A DNA stretch of 64,000 nt from Cyanophyceae cyanobacterium (GCA_038321985.1 JBBQFN010000012.1:83148-147147), one strand, 5' to 3'; counted from the first letter of the stretch, positions 32,041 through 42,282 are shown. Translations and numbers: made by a program. Notes: a model not told the origin generated them from the letters alone.

Positions 32041-32190
32041 GCGAGCAAGATGCTCGCCCTACCAATATTTTAATCTTTAGCTCGATTATCAAATGCGTTT
32101 AGGGTCCCTATAGCGAATTGATTTATATCCATCTACGGATGAGTTAGATTTATCCGACTTTAGATACGAGGCGGGGTTTTAAACCCCGCC
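32041..32190. repeat. REP-like palindromes between ndhH and the MidA-family gene
   Basis: Reverse strand GTAGGGCGAGCATCTTGCTCGC at 32041-32062 and GGCGGGGTTTTAAACCCCGCC at 32170-32190. Confidence 0.65.
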
Positions 32191-32219
32191 GGTTATCGCC
32201 CCTACAGGTGGGGGTTTAA

Positions 32220-33413
32220 TTATCGGTCAACGGAACCCATAATCACATCGATACTGCCGAGAATTGCCACAATATCAGCGACTTTGTTACCGCGTAGAAT
32301 AGAAGATAAGACTTGCAAATTATTGAAGTCAGCAGCGCGGATTTTCCAACGCCAGGGGAAGACATTATCATTACCAATTAGATAAATTCCCAGTTCTCCT
32401 TTGCCACTTTCCACGCGGAAATAATGCTCTCCGGCGGGAATTTTAAAGGTGGGGGCAATCTTTTTGGCGATGAATTGATAGTCAAATCCGTTCCAATCGG
32501 ATTTGGGTCCTTCCATCATCCGCTTGGCTTCTAGGTTCTCGTAAGGTCCACCAGGAAGACCCTTCAAGGCTTGGCGGAGGATTTTCACCGATTCGCGCAT
32601 TTCGGCCATGCGGACGGTATATCGGGCTAAACAATCTCCTTCGGTTGCCCAGCAGACGTCCCAATCAAAATCGTCGTAGCATTCGTAATGGTCAACTTTT
32701 CTCAAGTCCCACTTGACGCCGGATGCTCTCAAGACGGGACCGGAAAGCCCCCAATTGATGGCTTCTTCCCGAGAGATGACGCCGAGGTTTTGAATCCGAC
32801 GGCGGAAAATGGGGTTGTTGGTGATTAAGCGTTCGTATTCGTCAATGACGGGATCGAAGTAGTCGCAAAAGTCTTCGCATTTATCCACCCAACCGTAGGG
32901 GATGTCAGCGGCAACGCCACCGATGCGGAAGTAGTTATTATTGACCATGCGTTGCCCGGTGGCGGCTTCCCAGAGGTCATAAATCATTTCCCGATCGCGG
33001 AAAATGTAGAAGAATGGACTCAGTGCTCCGACATCGGCGAGGAAGGGTCCCAACCAGAGTAGGTGGTTAGCCAGACGGTTCAGTTCCAGCATGATCACCC
33101 GTAGGTAGCTGGCACGTCGCGGTACTTCGATATCCGCGAGTTTCTCCGGTGCGTTGACGGTAACCGCTTCGTTGAACATTCCCTCGGCGTAGTCCCAGCG
33201 ACTGACGTAGGGAACGAACATGATGTTGGTGCGGTTTTCGGCAATTTTCTCCATGCCTCTATGCAGGTAGCCCAAGACTGGCTCGCAATCGACGACATCC
33301 TCACCATCAAGGGTGACGATTAGGCGTAAGACCCCGTGCATGGAGGGATGGTGCGGTCCCATGCTGAGAATCATGGGATCGGTTCTGGTTTCTATCCGGG
33401 TTGGTGGTGCCAT
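32220..33413 (-). CDS. ndhH: NAD(P)H-quinone oxidoreductase subunit H
   Basis: [25 protein letters not shown]-terminal [11 protein letters not shown]. Confidence 0.98.
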   Translation of the reverse strand: MAPPTRIETRTDPMILSMGPHHPSMHGVLRLIVTLDGEDVVDCEPVLGYLHRGMEKIAENRTNIMFVPYVSRWDYAEGMFNEAVTVNAPEKLADIEVPRRASYLRVIMLELNRLANHLLWLGPFLADVGALSPFFYIFRDREMIYDLWEAATGQRMVNNNYFRIGGVAADIPYGWVDKCEDFCDYFDPVIDEYERLITNNPIFRRRIQNLGVISREEAINWGLSGPVLRASGVKWDLRKVDHYECYDDFDWDVCWATEGDCLARYTVRMAEMRESVKILRQALKGLPGGPYENLEAKRMMEGPKSDWNGFDYQFIAKKIAPTFKIPAGEHYFRVESGKGELGIYLIGNDNVFPWRWKIRAADFNNLQVLSSILRGNKVADIVAILGSIDVIMGSVDR

Positions 33414-33605
33414 AAATGTGGGTGCTCCTGTTGAGACAGATTTGGGCGGCTGTACCGGCGTCAGATAGGGGATTTTCTACAATCTAAAATCGGGACGGGG
33501 TACGGCAGTTCTGTTACCAATTGTTTCTTTTTGTTTCATTGCTTTCATCATTATAGGGAGATTGGGTCCGTGGTAAATCAGGGAGTGAGTGTAAATTCGG
33601 AGGCA

Positions 33606-34478
33606 ATGGCGGGGTTTGTCCATTTGTCAGTTTTGAGTCAGGAAGTGGTGGAGGGGTTGGCAATCCGTCCTGGGGGGCGTTATTTGGATGCGACGGTGGG
33701 TGGGGGGGGTCATTCGCGGTTGATTTTGGAGGCGGCCCCCGGGGTGCAATTGGTGGCGATCGACCGCGATCGCTTGGCCCTGGAAGCAGCAGGGAGTCGA
33801 TTGGCGGAGTATGGGGAGGCGGTGACATTTTGGCAGGGAAATTTTGCAGAATATCAGCCCCAAGAGATGCGGTTTGATGGGATTGTGGCGGATTTGGGGG
33901 TGAGTTCGGCGCAGTTAGACTGCGCGGAACGGGGGTTTAGTTTTCGGTATGAGGCTCCTTTGGATATGAGAATGGATGAACGTCAGGAGTTGAGCGCGGC
34001 GGAGATTGTGAATCATTGGGATGAGGTGGAGTTGGCAGATATTTTTTATCGCTATGGGGAGGAACGGTTTTCTCGTCGGATTGCGCGGCGAATTGTGGAA
34101 CGGCGTCCGTTGACAACTACGACTCAGTTAGCGTCAGCAGTTGCTTCTTCGATGCCGGGGAAGTCCCGAAATGGCAAAATTCATCCGGCAACCCGGGTGT
34201 TTCAAGCGTTGCGGATTGCGGTGAATGGGGAACTCGCTGCACTGGAAACGTTTTTAGAAAAAGCTCCCCAGTGGTTGCATCCGGGCGGACGGCTCGGTAT
34301 TATTAGCTTTCATAGCCTAGAAGATCGACTGGTCAAGCATCGGATGCGGGCTTCACCGCTGCTCAAGGTGCTCACAAAAAAGCCGATCACGCCAGGGGAA
34401 GCAGAAACTGCCCACAATTCGCGATCGCGCTCTGCTAAGTTGAGATTATTCGAGCGCATTGAGCCGGATCTAACCTAG
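33606..34478 (+). CDS. rsmH: 16S rRNA m4C1402 methyltransferase RsmH (ORF open from 33531)
   Basis: [57 protein letters not shown]. Confidence 0.96.
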   Translation: MAGFVHLSVLSQEVVEGLAIRPGGRYLDATVGGGGHSRLILEAAPGVQLVAIDRDRLALEAAGSRLAEYGEAVTFWQGNFAEYQPQEMRFDGIVADLGVSSAQLDCAERGFSFRYEAPLDMRMDERQELSAAEIVNHWDEVELADIFYRYGEERFSRRIARRIVERRPLTTTTQLASAVASSMPGKSRNGKIHPATRVFQALRIAVNGELAALETFLEKAPQWLHPGGRLGIISFHSLEDRLVKHRMRASPLLKVLTKKPITPGEAETAHNSRSRSAKLRLFERIEPDLT

Positions 34479-34893
34479 GAGTAAGGCAGGGCCGGGATGG
34501 GAACCCCTGATGAGTGCTGCTTTGGGTGGAAATCCTCGGCGATCGCCACCCCATGATTAGGAATAGCGCCCTGACGAAGGGCCTGATTTTCCGGGACCCA
34601 AGAGGGCTACACTCACCTACGGGCCTCACCCCAACCGACAGAGTTCTTAAACAAATAGACTGAACTCAATTGCACACTGCTAACAAGCCAGCTCTCTATG
34701 TTAAGCTCATTTGAGCGGAAGAAAGCCCGTTAGTGCCTGCCGATCGCCGGGTACTTTTGTAGAAAAAGGAATGCCCACCCAAAGCGTGATTTGCCAGTGG
34801 TGTTCTCAAACCGTTGGGCACCTGTATAGAGAGCGGCCCGTCGAAAACAGCCGGACAAGGGCGCAAGTCACACTGAATCCATATAGCCTGTAA

Positions 34894-36573
34894 GTGGGGT
34901 ATCGCATGAGTCGGGGAAAAGGGAGCAAGCTGAAACTGATGGTGGTCGATGATGAAATCGACAACCTAGACTTGCTATACCGGACGTTTCGGCGGGACTT
35001 TGACGTTTATCGAGCAGATAGTGCGTTTAAAGCTCTGGAGGCGCTGGACGAAAGCGGCGAAATGGCCGTGATTATTTCAGACCAGCGAATGCCAGAAATG
35101 AACGGCACGGAGTTTCTCAGTAAAACGGTAGAACGGTTTCCCGATACGATTCGGATTCTACTGACCGGCTACACCGATGTAGAGGACCTGGTAGAGGCGA
35201 TTAACTCCGGCCAAGTATTCAAGTACATCACAAAACCGTGGAACCCTGAAGAGTTAAAGTCGGTTGTTCAGCAAGCGTCGGAAACTTACCAAGTAGTTAA
35301 GCAAAGTACGAATATCCTCCGTCGCGCCCTACGCCGGGAAGCATTATTTAATGCGGTGATGAGCGCGATTCGGGAGTCGTTGGACTATCGCAGTATGTTG
35401 CAAACGATTGTGGAAACGGTTGGCGAAAATTTTGAGGCAACTCGTTGCATTCTGCGACCTGTAGAGGGCGATCACCTCACGCCGGACTCGTTTTCCTATC
35501 TGAACCCTAACACAGGCTCCATTGATGTACCCGAGGAGGAGGATTCCCTTATTGCCACAGTCCTGGAAAGCCGTCAGACTCAATTAGTTCAGGGAGACAA
35601 AAATGGCAAGGATTCGACTCGCTTAGTTGTCCCCCTGAGTTACCAAAAGGATCTCCTCGCGGTGATGTCGGTCTACCAAGATGGCAGCGCTAACAGTTGG
35701 TCTCCTGAAGATATCCAATTGATTGAAGGGGTGACCGAACAAGCGGCCCTGGCGCTGTCTCAAGCCAAGCTCTATCAGCGCACTGAGGAGCAAGCCCAGC
35801 AAATGATGGCGGAACTAGAAGTGGCTCGCCAAATTCAAACCAATTTGCTTCGTCAAAGTTGGCCGGAATTTGAAACCGCTCGGGTTCAAGCCTCTTGCTA
35901 TCCAGCTCGCGCCGTAGGCGGCGATTTCTTTGAGGTCTACGTTCATGCTCAAGGTGATATCTGGGTCGCTGTGGGTGATGTGTCCGGGAAAGGGGTACCA
36001 GCGGCGCTGTTTATGGCAAGTGCTATTTCGGTGATGCGGCGCGAACTGGCGCAAGAAACGTCGCCGGAACCCGAAACGGTCATGATGAACCTCAACAGCG
36101 CTCTAGCTGATGACTTGATGGGCAATAACTGCTTTATCACGATAGTTGTGGCCCGTTATCGACCCTCTACCCGAGAGTTAGCTTATGCCAATGCTGGACA
36201 TATCTATCCCCTCGTCTGGTCTCATCACGCGTTAACTTCTTCGGATGCACCAACCGTCGAACCCAATTTCCTCAAAGCTCGGGGAATTCCTTTGGGAATT
36301 CTCCCCGTCTGGAGAGGCACTGTTGGGAGCATGGAGTTAAATCCAGGGGAAGTGTTTCTGCTAACGAGCGATGGTCTCACGGAGGCCACCATCACCAATC
36401 CAGATGCCTCCATTGGACACCATAAGGGTTCTATGTTGGAACAAGAGGGTCTCTGGCAGTTGATCGGTCAGGAAAATCATCCCCTCGACCTCAATCACTT
36501 ATTAGCTCGCGTCCGCGAAATTGCTCAAGAGCAGGAAGATGACCAAACTATACTTTCTCTGGAGGTTCTGTAA
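34894..36573 (+). CDS. Receiver-GAF-SpoIIE (PP2C) phosphatase, RsbU-like
   Basis: VVDDE, ISDQRMP and TKPW receiver motifs; GAF; GGDFF, GDVSGKG, NAGH, SDGL and DDQT PP2C motifs. Confidence 0.93.
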   Translation: MGYRMSRGKGSKLKLMVVDDEIDNLDLLYRTFRRDFDVYRADSAFKALEALDESGEMAVIISDQRMPEMNGTEFLSKTVERFPDTIRILLTGYTDVEDLVEAINSGQVFKYITKPWNPEELKSVVQQASETYQVVKQSTNILRRALRREALFNAVMSAIRESLDYRSMLQTIVETVGENFEATRCILRPVEGDHLTPDSFSYLNPNTGSIDVPEEEDSLIATVLESRQTQLVQGDKNGKDSTRLVVPLSYQKDLLAVMSVYQDGSANSWSPEDIQLIEGVTEQAALALSQAKLYQRTEEQAQQMMAELEVARQIQTNLLRQSWPEFETARVQASCYPARAVGGDFFEVYVHAQGDIWVAVGDVSGKGVPAALFMASAISVMRRELAQETSPEPETVMMNLNSALADDLMGNNCFITIVVARYRPSTRELAYANAGHIYPLVWSHHALTSSDAPTVEPNFLKARGIPLGILPVWRGTVGSMELNPGEVFLLTSDGLTEATITNPDASIGHHKGSMLEQEGLWQLIGQENHPLDLNHLLARVREIAQEQEDDQTILSLEVL

Positions 36574-36576
36574 GCA

Positions 36577-37002
36577 ATGAGAACTGAGTTGCACGTCCCA
36601 AGTGACTTGCGGTTTTTGACGATTGTTGAAAGCTGGCTTTTGGGCTGTCTGGAAATGGAGCTTGGAGATCATATTGAGTGGCCTCGTCAGTCAAATCGCT
36701 TACGTTTAGTTCTGGCGGAAGCCTATTCTAATGTGGTGCGTCACGCTCACCGAGATCAACCCAATCTCCCGGTCCTGGTTCGTCTGGAACTCAAGGAACG
36801 GGATATCGCTGTAGAAGTTTGGGATCACGGAAAAGGCTACGATTTGTCTACCTATATGGCTCCGGTCCCCGAACAAATGCCGGACGGGGGTTATGGGTGG
36901 TTAATTATGAATCGTCTGATGGACCGGGTTGAGTACAGTCTCCAAATTGATGGTCGTAACTGTCTGAAGTTGGAAGCGAGTATGTCGGAACAAAAAGTTT
37001 AA
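36577..37002 (+). CDS. Anti-sigma factor-type Ser/Thr kinase (RsbW-like HATPase_c_2)
   Basis: EAYSNVVRHA N-box, DHGKG, GGYGW; 3 bp after the PP2C gene. Confidence 0.9.
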   Translation: MRTELHVPSDLRFLTIVESWLLGCLEMELGDHIEWPRQSNRLRLVLAEAYSNVVRHAHRDQPNLPVLVRLELKERDIAVEVWDHGKGYDLSTYMAPVPEQMPDGGYGWLIMNRLMDRVEYSLQIDGRNCLKLEASMSEQKV

Positions 37003-37350
37003 GCGATTACCAGACTAAGTTCGTCGGCGATCGCTCTATTTTTTTCTGGGGTTCAGCTCGTCCGTTCGTTCAACCGGCGAGGAGTCTCCCCTTTGCTACT
37101 ACTCTCTAAGCGATCGCCCCTTTACGTTCTCCTGATAGGCTTCCCTTTGATGCCGGGGTGCATTCTATAGCATTTATATTAAACCCGCTTTCGGGCAGTC
37201 CCCTGGATCACGTAGGCATTGATTAGGCACAGTTTCTGTTAAACTCATCCTTTTCATCAATGCCCACAAAAATTCAGCCCCAGTAAAAATAAAAAACTCT
37301 CTTTCCTCCTTTACCCGATTATTGATTGGATGATTTAATTTCTTAAAAAT

Positions 37351-37803
37351 TTAAGCCTTGCGTAGGTTGACTAATTCTTTCAAAGATGCTAAAAGTTTGA
37401 CCCGCACTCTGAGTATTTCCGCCTCAGAATTCAGGGCAAATAACCAGCAAACATTTACTTTAAAAAAAGCGGTCTCTACCTTTCCCGTTACTTCAAGTTG
37501 TCGGGTCTCCTCTTCCACCCACTCCTGAAATTCGGGTCGGGGATGTAGTTTCATTCCTTTAGCTTCGGCTTCTAAATAAGCGGCGATCGCCTCGGGTCCA
37601 ATGATGGGTTCCTCAAAGGGCGGCAGAAGTTGTCCCTCTTCGGCAAATAAAAAACTCGCCGCTTCAAACTCACTCCCATTTAAACACTCAAAATATTGCT
37701 GAATGGTCTCCGGTAAACCCTCCTGTCTTCCTCCTTCGGGAATAGAATCTATAAGATTGGAGGAAGAATTATTCGCGGCGATCGTCTCTAAAGGGGTCAT
37801 CAT
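37351..37803 (-). CDS. NTF2-like protein, homologue of the orange carotenoid protein C-terminal domain (CTDH-like)
   Basis: YFECLN, LLPPFEEPIIG, YLEAEAKGMKL, GKVETAFF, VKLLASLKELVNL. Confidence 0.8.
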   Translation of the reverse strand: MMTPLETIAANNSSSNLIDSIPEGGRQEGLPETIQQYFECLNGSEFEAASFLFAEEGQLLPPFEEPIIGPEAIAAYLEAEAKGMKLHPRPEFQEWVEEETRQLEVTGKVETAFFKVNVCWLFALNSEAEILRVRVKLLASLKELVNLRKA

Positions 37804-37856
37804 TATCTCCTCAAAATTTTTACTTTAATTTATAGGTATTCTAATTCTATGCCAAC

Positions 37857-37905
37857 AAATAAAATCTAGCTGCGGAGGAAAACCAAAACTTCCGCAAGCC
37901 AGATC
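37857..37905 (-). terminator. Intrinsic terminator-like hairpin upstream of the CTDH gene
   Basis: Minus strand ATCTGGCTTGCGGA..TCCGCAGCTAGAT followed by TTTATTT. Confidence 0.55.
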
Positions 37906-38344
37906 TGTGTTTGCCTAGGGAGAGGCAAGAACGTTGGAAAAACTTATATCAATATCAACTGTAGAGTTTCATCTCTTGTCGCCGATCTAGATAAAAACTT
38001 ACAGTGTTTAAATTCCAGAGGTCGAAAAGTCGAGTTTACGTCACCCGCAGCCGTTACCGCTATCTCGTACAGCAGTGATGGAGCCGATTGGGTTACCCTA
38101 GCTCCCCTCTGTTTTCCTTAACTCTAATTATGTAATATTTCTTTACAAATCGCAACCCCTAGACAATCAGAATTACCAATGACTGTCTTAACCTTAAGTA
38201 ATCGGAGCCCCGAACCCAGGGGACTGGCCTAGTTCCAGCCCGTTGAGAGGATACACTAGGATCATGGGTCGTTGGTGATGAGCAGCAAGCACTAAGGAAC
38301 CGTGACCCTTACGCGATCGCCTCCCCAACCCCTAAACTACAGTC

Positions 38345-39280
38345 ATGAACCCCACCCTTACGCAAATCAAAGCTAAAGCCCAAGAACTCGGATTTCATCA
38401 AATCGGCATCGCGGCGATCGACCCCCCAGACCCCGCCCCCGTCGCGGCCTTACAACACTGGTTAGATCAAGGTTATCACGCCGATATGGAGTGGATGAAC
38501 AATCCCAGACGCAAGGATATCCGCCAAGTCATGCCGGATGTCCAATCGGCTATCTGTGTCGCCCTCAACTACTACACCGAACACCAACGCCCCCAGGACC
38601 CCGGCTATGCCAAAATCTCTCGCTACGGTTGGGGGCGGGACTATCATAAAATCATGCATAAAAAGCTGAAAGCCCTCACATTATGGCTACAAGCGCACAA
38701 CCCGGACATTCAAGCCCGCTATTATGCCGATACGGGTCCAGTCCCGGATAAAGTTTTAGCACAACGTGCGGGAATCGGTTGGATTGCTAAAAATGGCAAT
38801 GTCATCTCCCGAAACTACGGTTCCTGGCTATTTCTGGGGGAAATTCTCACAAATTTAGCCTTAACTCCCAACTCTCCCCATGGGTCCCATTGCGGCACCT
38901 GTACCCGTTGTATCCAGGCTTGTCCCACCGGGGCGATCGTTCAACCCTTTGTGGTGGATGCCAACCGCTGCATCGCCTATCATACCATTGAAAATCGTTC
39001 AGAAACCTTACCCGATAAGATTCAACCTCACTTAAGCGGCTGGGTTGCCGGTTGTGATATTTGCCAAGATGTCTGTCCCTGGAATCAGCGCTTTGCCCAA
39101 CCTACGGATGTTGATGAATTCCAACCCTATCCCGAAAACCTCTCACCTACCCTTGCTGAATTAGCGGATATCTCCGATGAAGAGTGGGACCGGCGGTTTC
39201 GATCATCGGCTTTGCGGCGAATTAAACCCAAGATGCTACGTCGCAATGCTAGGGCAAATTTAGAATTAGGAGAGGATTAA
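38345..39280 (+). CDS. queG: tRNA epoxyqueuosine(34) reductase
   Basis: ISRYGWGRDYH, DTGPV, CGTCTRCIQACP, GCDICQDVCPWN. Confidence 0.96.
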   Translation: MNPTLTQIKAKAQELGFHQIGIAAIDPPDPAPVAALQHWLDQGYHADMEWMNNPRRKDIRQVMPDVQSAICVALNYYTEHQRPQDPGYAKISRYGWGRDYHKIMHKKLKALTLWLQAHNPDIQARYYADTGPVPDKVLAQRAGIGWIAKNGNVISRNYGSWLFLGEILTNLALTPNSPHGSHCGTCTRCIQACPTGAIVQPFVVDANRCIAYHTIENRSETLPDKIQPHLSGWVAGCDICQDVCPWNQRFAQPTDVDEFQPYPENLSPTLAELADISDEEWDRRFRSSALRRIKPKMLRRNARANLELGED

Positions 39281-40044
39281 TTTCGTAACGTGTGAATGAG
39301 TTGGCGTTTGATTTTTATAAATTCTGGAGTGAGTTTGGTGTCTAAATCCCGACTTCTGGGTAAGGCGATCGCTTGTTCTTCTTTAATTTGTCCCGGATTT
39401 GCACTCATGATATAAACTCGTTGGGACAAAAAAATTCCTTCTTCGAGATCGTGAGTAATCATTAAAATGGTAGTCTGTGTTTTTTCCCACAATTGGAGGG
39501 TAAATTGCTGCATCTGTTCCTTGGTTTGGGCATCTAATGCCCCAAAGGGTTCATCCATCAGCAAAACCTCGGGTTCATTGGCTAAAGCACGGGCGATCGC
39601 AACTCGCTGTTTCATTCCTCCCGATAGCTGTTTCGGGTAAGCATTGCTAAATTTGGTCAGTCCTACTACCTCTAAATAGTAGTTAATAATTTCCCGTTGT
39701 TGGGACTTTATCATGCCTTTGAGGGAGAGTCCAAACCCAATATTATCGGCCACAGTTAGCCAGGGAAACAACGAGTAATTCTGAAAAATTGTCCCGCGAT
39801 CGCATCCCGGACCTAATACAGGTTCTCCATCCATCAGCACTTCCCCAGATGTGGGGGTGGTTAATCCGGCTATAATACTTAATAGGGTTGATTTTCCACA
39901 GCCAGAGGCCCCAACAATACAGACGAATTCATTAGCATTGAGATACAAATTGATATTCTGCAACGCCACAAGGCGATCAAATTGTTTATACAATCCTTTG
40001 ACTTCAAGTTTCGGGCGATCCGATTCGGGTACGACTCTGTTCAT
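39277..40044 (-). CDS. NitT/TauT-family ABC transporter ATP-binding protein
   Basis: GASGCGKS, YPKQLSGGMKQR, LMDEPFGALD. Confidence 0.93.
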   Translation of the reverse strand: MNRVVPESDRPKLEVKGLYKQFDRLVALQNINLYLNANEFVCIVGASGCGKSTLLSIIAGLTTPTSGEVLMDGEPVLGPGCDRGTIFQNYSLFPWLTVADNIGFGLSLKGMIKSQQREIINYYLEVVGLTKFSNAYPKQLSGGMKQRVAIARALANEPEVLLMDEPFGALDAQTKEQMQQFTLQLWEKTQTTILMITHDLEEGIFLSQRVYIMSANPGQIKEEQAIALPRSRDLDTKLTPEFIKIKRQLIHTLRN

Positions 40045-40140
40045 TTGATTAATAAGAGATTGTTATTTTAAAATTAAACACTAGGCGCGGCGCGATTTTT
40101 TTGCGGTTTGTGTTGCAATGGTTGTGTTTTGTGCTATTAT

Positions 40141-40199
40141 ATTAGATAATGAGAGTGGTGACTGTTGCGGTATTAGAGTCACCACTCCCATTATCTAAT
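40141..40199. repeat. 59-bp palindrome (23-bp arms, one mismatch)
   Basis: ATTAGATAATGAGAGTGGTGACT-N13-AGTCACCACTCCCATTATCTAAT. Confidence 0.9.
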
Positions 40200-40367
40200 G
40201 ATTTTATCATAGAAATCAAGATTTAGCACAATTCTTTTTTAAAGTTGGCGCGCGGCGATCGCCGATTTTTCGTTACTCTTTCCACCGCAATTGTAACGTT
40301 ATTTTAACAGCTTTGCGATCGCCACCGTAGCGGGGATGCAACTGCGATAGATTAGACGGGATTCATT

Positions 40368-41210
40368 GTGACTTTAGAGAGGATTATGCCGCGATCGCCC
40401 AAACCCTATCTTAAGCCTTCCATATTTTGGAGCATTCGACAAGGATTTCCCTACCGACTACGGATCCTGTTAGCTATCAGCGCCCTTGCTATTCCCCTGC
40501 TGGTGTGGTCCGTTTTAAGTTATAGCGGATGGGTGTCCCCGATGCTATTGCCGACACCCACTGCCGTCTTTAGTGCAGGCATTCAAATGTTTGTGAAAGA
40601 GAACTTATGGGCGGATGTTGTTGCCAGTTTCCTGCGGGTGACCGCGGGATTTTTCGCCGCCGCTGCCGTTGGCATTCCCATCGGGATTGCAATGGGCACA
40701 TTTTATAGCATGGATAGTTTATTTAGCCCCATTGTGGGAACGGTGAGGTATATGCCCGTCGCGGCATTTATTCCATTAATTATCGTCTGGTTTGGACTCG
40801 GGGAAAGCGCCAAAATTGTCATTATCTTTTTAGGCATTGTCTTTTATAATGCTATTATGATAGCGGATGCAGTAAAGTTTATTCCCAATGAACTTTTAAA
40901 TGCCGCTTATACCCTCGGTGCAAATCGCCGGGATATCTTATTTAGGGTCATTTTACCCGCCTCCGTTCCCAGCATTCTAGATACCTTGCGAGTGAATGTA
41001 GCCGGGGCTTGGAATTTTCTAGTTATTTCCGAATTAATTGCAGCCGATCGGGGATTAGGATTTAGAATAGCCCGGGCGCAACGGTTTGTGCAAACCGATC
41101 GCGTGTTAGTAACAATTGTCGTGATTGGGGCGATCGGCTTATTACTGGATTTAGCCTTTAAAAACTTATCTAAACGGCTCACCCCTTGGGCAGAACATTC
41201 TCAACATTAA
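40368..41210 (+). CDS. NitT/TauT-family ABC transporter permease
   Basis: LPTP, RYMPVAAFIPL, EAA-like motif NAAYTLGA, TM helices. Confidence 0.93.
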   Translation: MTLERIMPRSPKPYLKPSIFWSIRQGFPYRLRILLAISALAIPLLVWSVLSYSGWVSPMLLPTPTAVFSAGIQMFVKENLWADVVASFLRVTAGFFAAAAVGIPIGIAMGTFYSMDSLFSPIVGTVRYMPVAAFIPLIIVWFGLGESAKIVIIFLGIVFYNAIMIADAVKFIPNELLNAAYTLGANRRDILFRVILPASVPSILDTLRVNVAGAWNFLVISELIAADRGLGFRIARAQRFVQTDRVLVTIVVIGAIGLLLDLAFKNLSKRLTPWAEHSQH

Positions 41211-41228
41211 AAGGAGGCTATTTTAAGG

Positions 41229-41256
41229 GTAAGGACAGGGCATTGCCATGTCCTTC
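41229..41256. repeat. Degenerate REP palindrome between the convergent permease and substrate-binding genes
   Basis: GTAAGGACAGGGCATTGCCATGTCCTTC. Confidence 0.55.
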
Positions 41257-41271
41257 TTTCTAATTTTAGAA

Positions 41272-42282
41272 CTATCCCTGTTTCTCTCGGAGGGCGAGAA
41301 CAAACCTAGGGTCAATGAAAGAAGTTAAATCGGGAAGTTGTTGGATTTGATTTTGGGATTGTAAGAATTGGGCAAGGGAATTCATCGTGTTTAATAAATA
41401 GACATTGCTTTGGGGATTAGCCAGCATCTCGATATTAGATTGCAAGTCAGGGAGACGCACCCCTTGCAATCCGGTTTGTAACTCATCCCCCGGAATTCCT
41501 ATTTGAGTCGAGGCGATCGCCACTCCTTCCTGGGGATTGGCTTCCAGAAATTCCAACCCTTCCAATACTCCGGCAATAAACGCTTCTACCAGTTCAGGAT
41601 GACTATTGGCATATTGCGTATCGAACACATAAAGGTCATTAATTGCCGTCGGCATTTGAGATGAATCGTAAATAATTCGTCCATCAGGTTGAGCAGTATT
41701 CGCCTGTTGTAAGTAGGGGGCGTAGGTAACTGCGATCGCAATATTTCCCGTTTGATAAGCTGCCGCTGCCGCATCCGGTGGAGCATTAATTAAAGTAAAA
41801 TCCCCCGAACCCAACCCCACCGTATCCAATACTTGCAACAAGAAAAAATGACTAACACTGCCTTCTTCTACTGCTATCCGCTGACCTTTAAAATCTGCTA
41901 AACTTCCAATACTACGGCGGGCCAAAATTCCATCGGCCCCCACGGAAGTATCCTGTACTAAAACAATCCGAAAATCTTTTCCTGCCGCCGCTAACGTAAC
42001 CGCTTCCGATCCCACCGGAGAAACTGCATCCAGTCGCCGGGAAATAAAAGCAGTATTGGCATCCGTATTAGCATTAAAGACTTTAATATCTAAGTTCAAT
42101 CCGCGTTTCTCGAAAAAGCCTTTTTCTTTAGCAATGTAAAGGGGAGTAGAACCTACCCACGTAAATAAACCCAATGCAGGGGATTGGTTCTCTGTGGGAG
42201 GAGTGCAAGCGTGTAAAGCCAGACCCCCAGCGGCACCAACGAGCATCCACAGAGTTTGACGACGAGTCCAACGTTGAGTCAT
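41272..42282 (-). CDS. NitT/TauT-family (NMT1/SsuA-like) ABC substrate-binding lipoprotein
   Basis: Tat-like TRR and lipobox LHAC, IAKEKGFF, DTSVGADGI, IAVEEGSVSHFFL. Confidence 0.9.
   Translation of the reverse strand: MTQRWTRRQTLWMLVGAAGGLALHACTPPTENQSPALGLFTWVGSTPLYIAKEKGFFEKRGLNLDIKVFNANTDANTAFISRRLDAVSPVGSEAVTLAAAGKDFRIVLVQDTSVGADGILARRSIGSLADFKGQRIAVEEGSVSHFFLLQVLDTVGLGSGDFTLINAPPDAAAAAYQTGNIAIAVTYAPYLQQANTAQPDGRIIYDSSQMPTAINDLYVFDTQYANSHPELVEAFIAGVLEGLEFLEANPQEGVAIASTQIGIPGDELQTGLQGVRLPDLQSNIEMLANPQSNVYLLNTMNSLAQFLQSQNQIQQLPDLTSFIDPRFVLALREKQG

Noticed and set aside
34506..34580. Hammerhead ribozyme core (CTGATGA..GAAA, CTGACGA)
   Set aside because: The intervening sequence does not form stem II and no flanking stems were found.
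36577..37002. pmgA assignment
   Set aside because: It is an RsbW-like kinase but lacks the N-terminal features I associate with PmgA, so no gene symbol was given.
38131..38147. NtcA site
   Set aside because: The spacing is GTA-N9-TAC rather than the canonical N8.
40045..41271. Active invertible (phase-variable) segment
   Set aside because: Only a weak AT-rich similarity between the ends, and no recombinase gene in the window.
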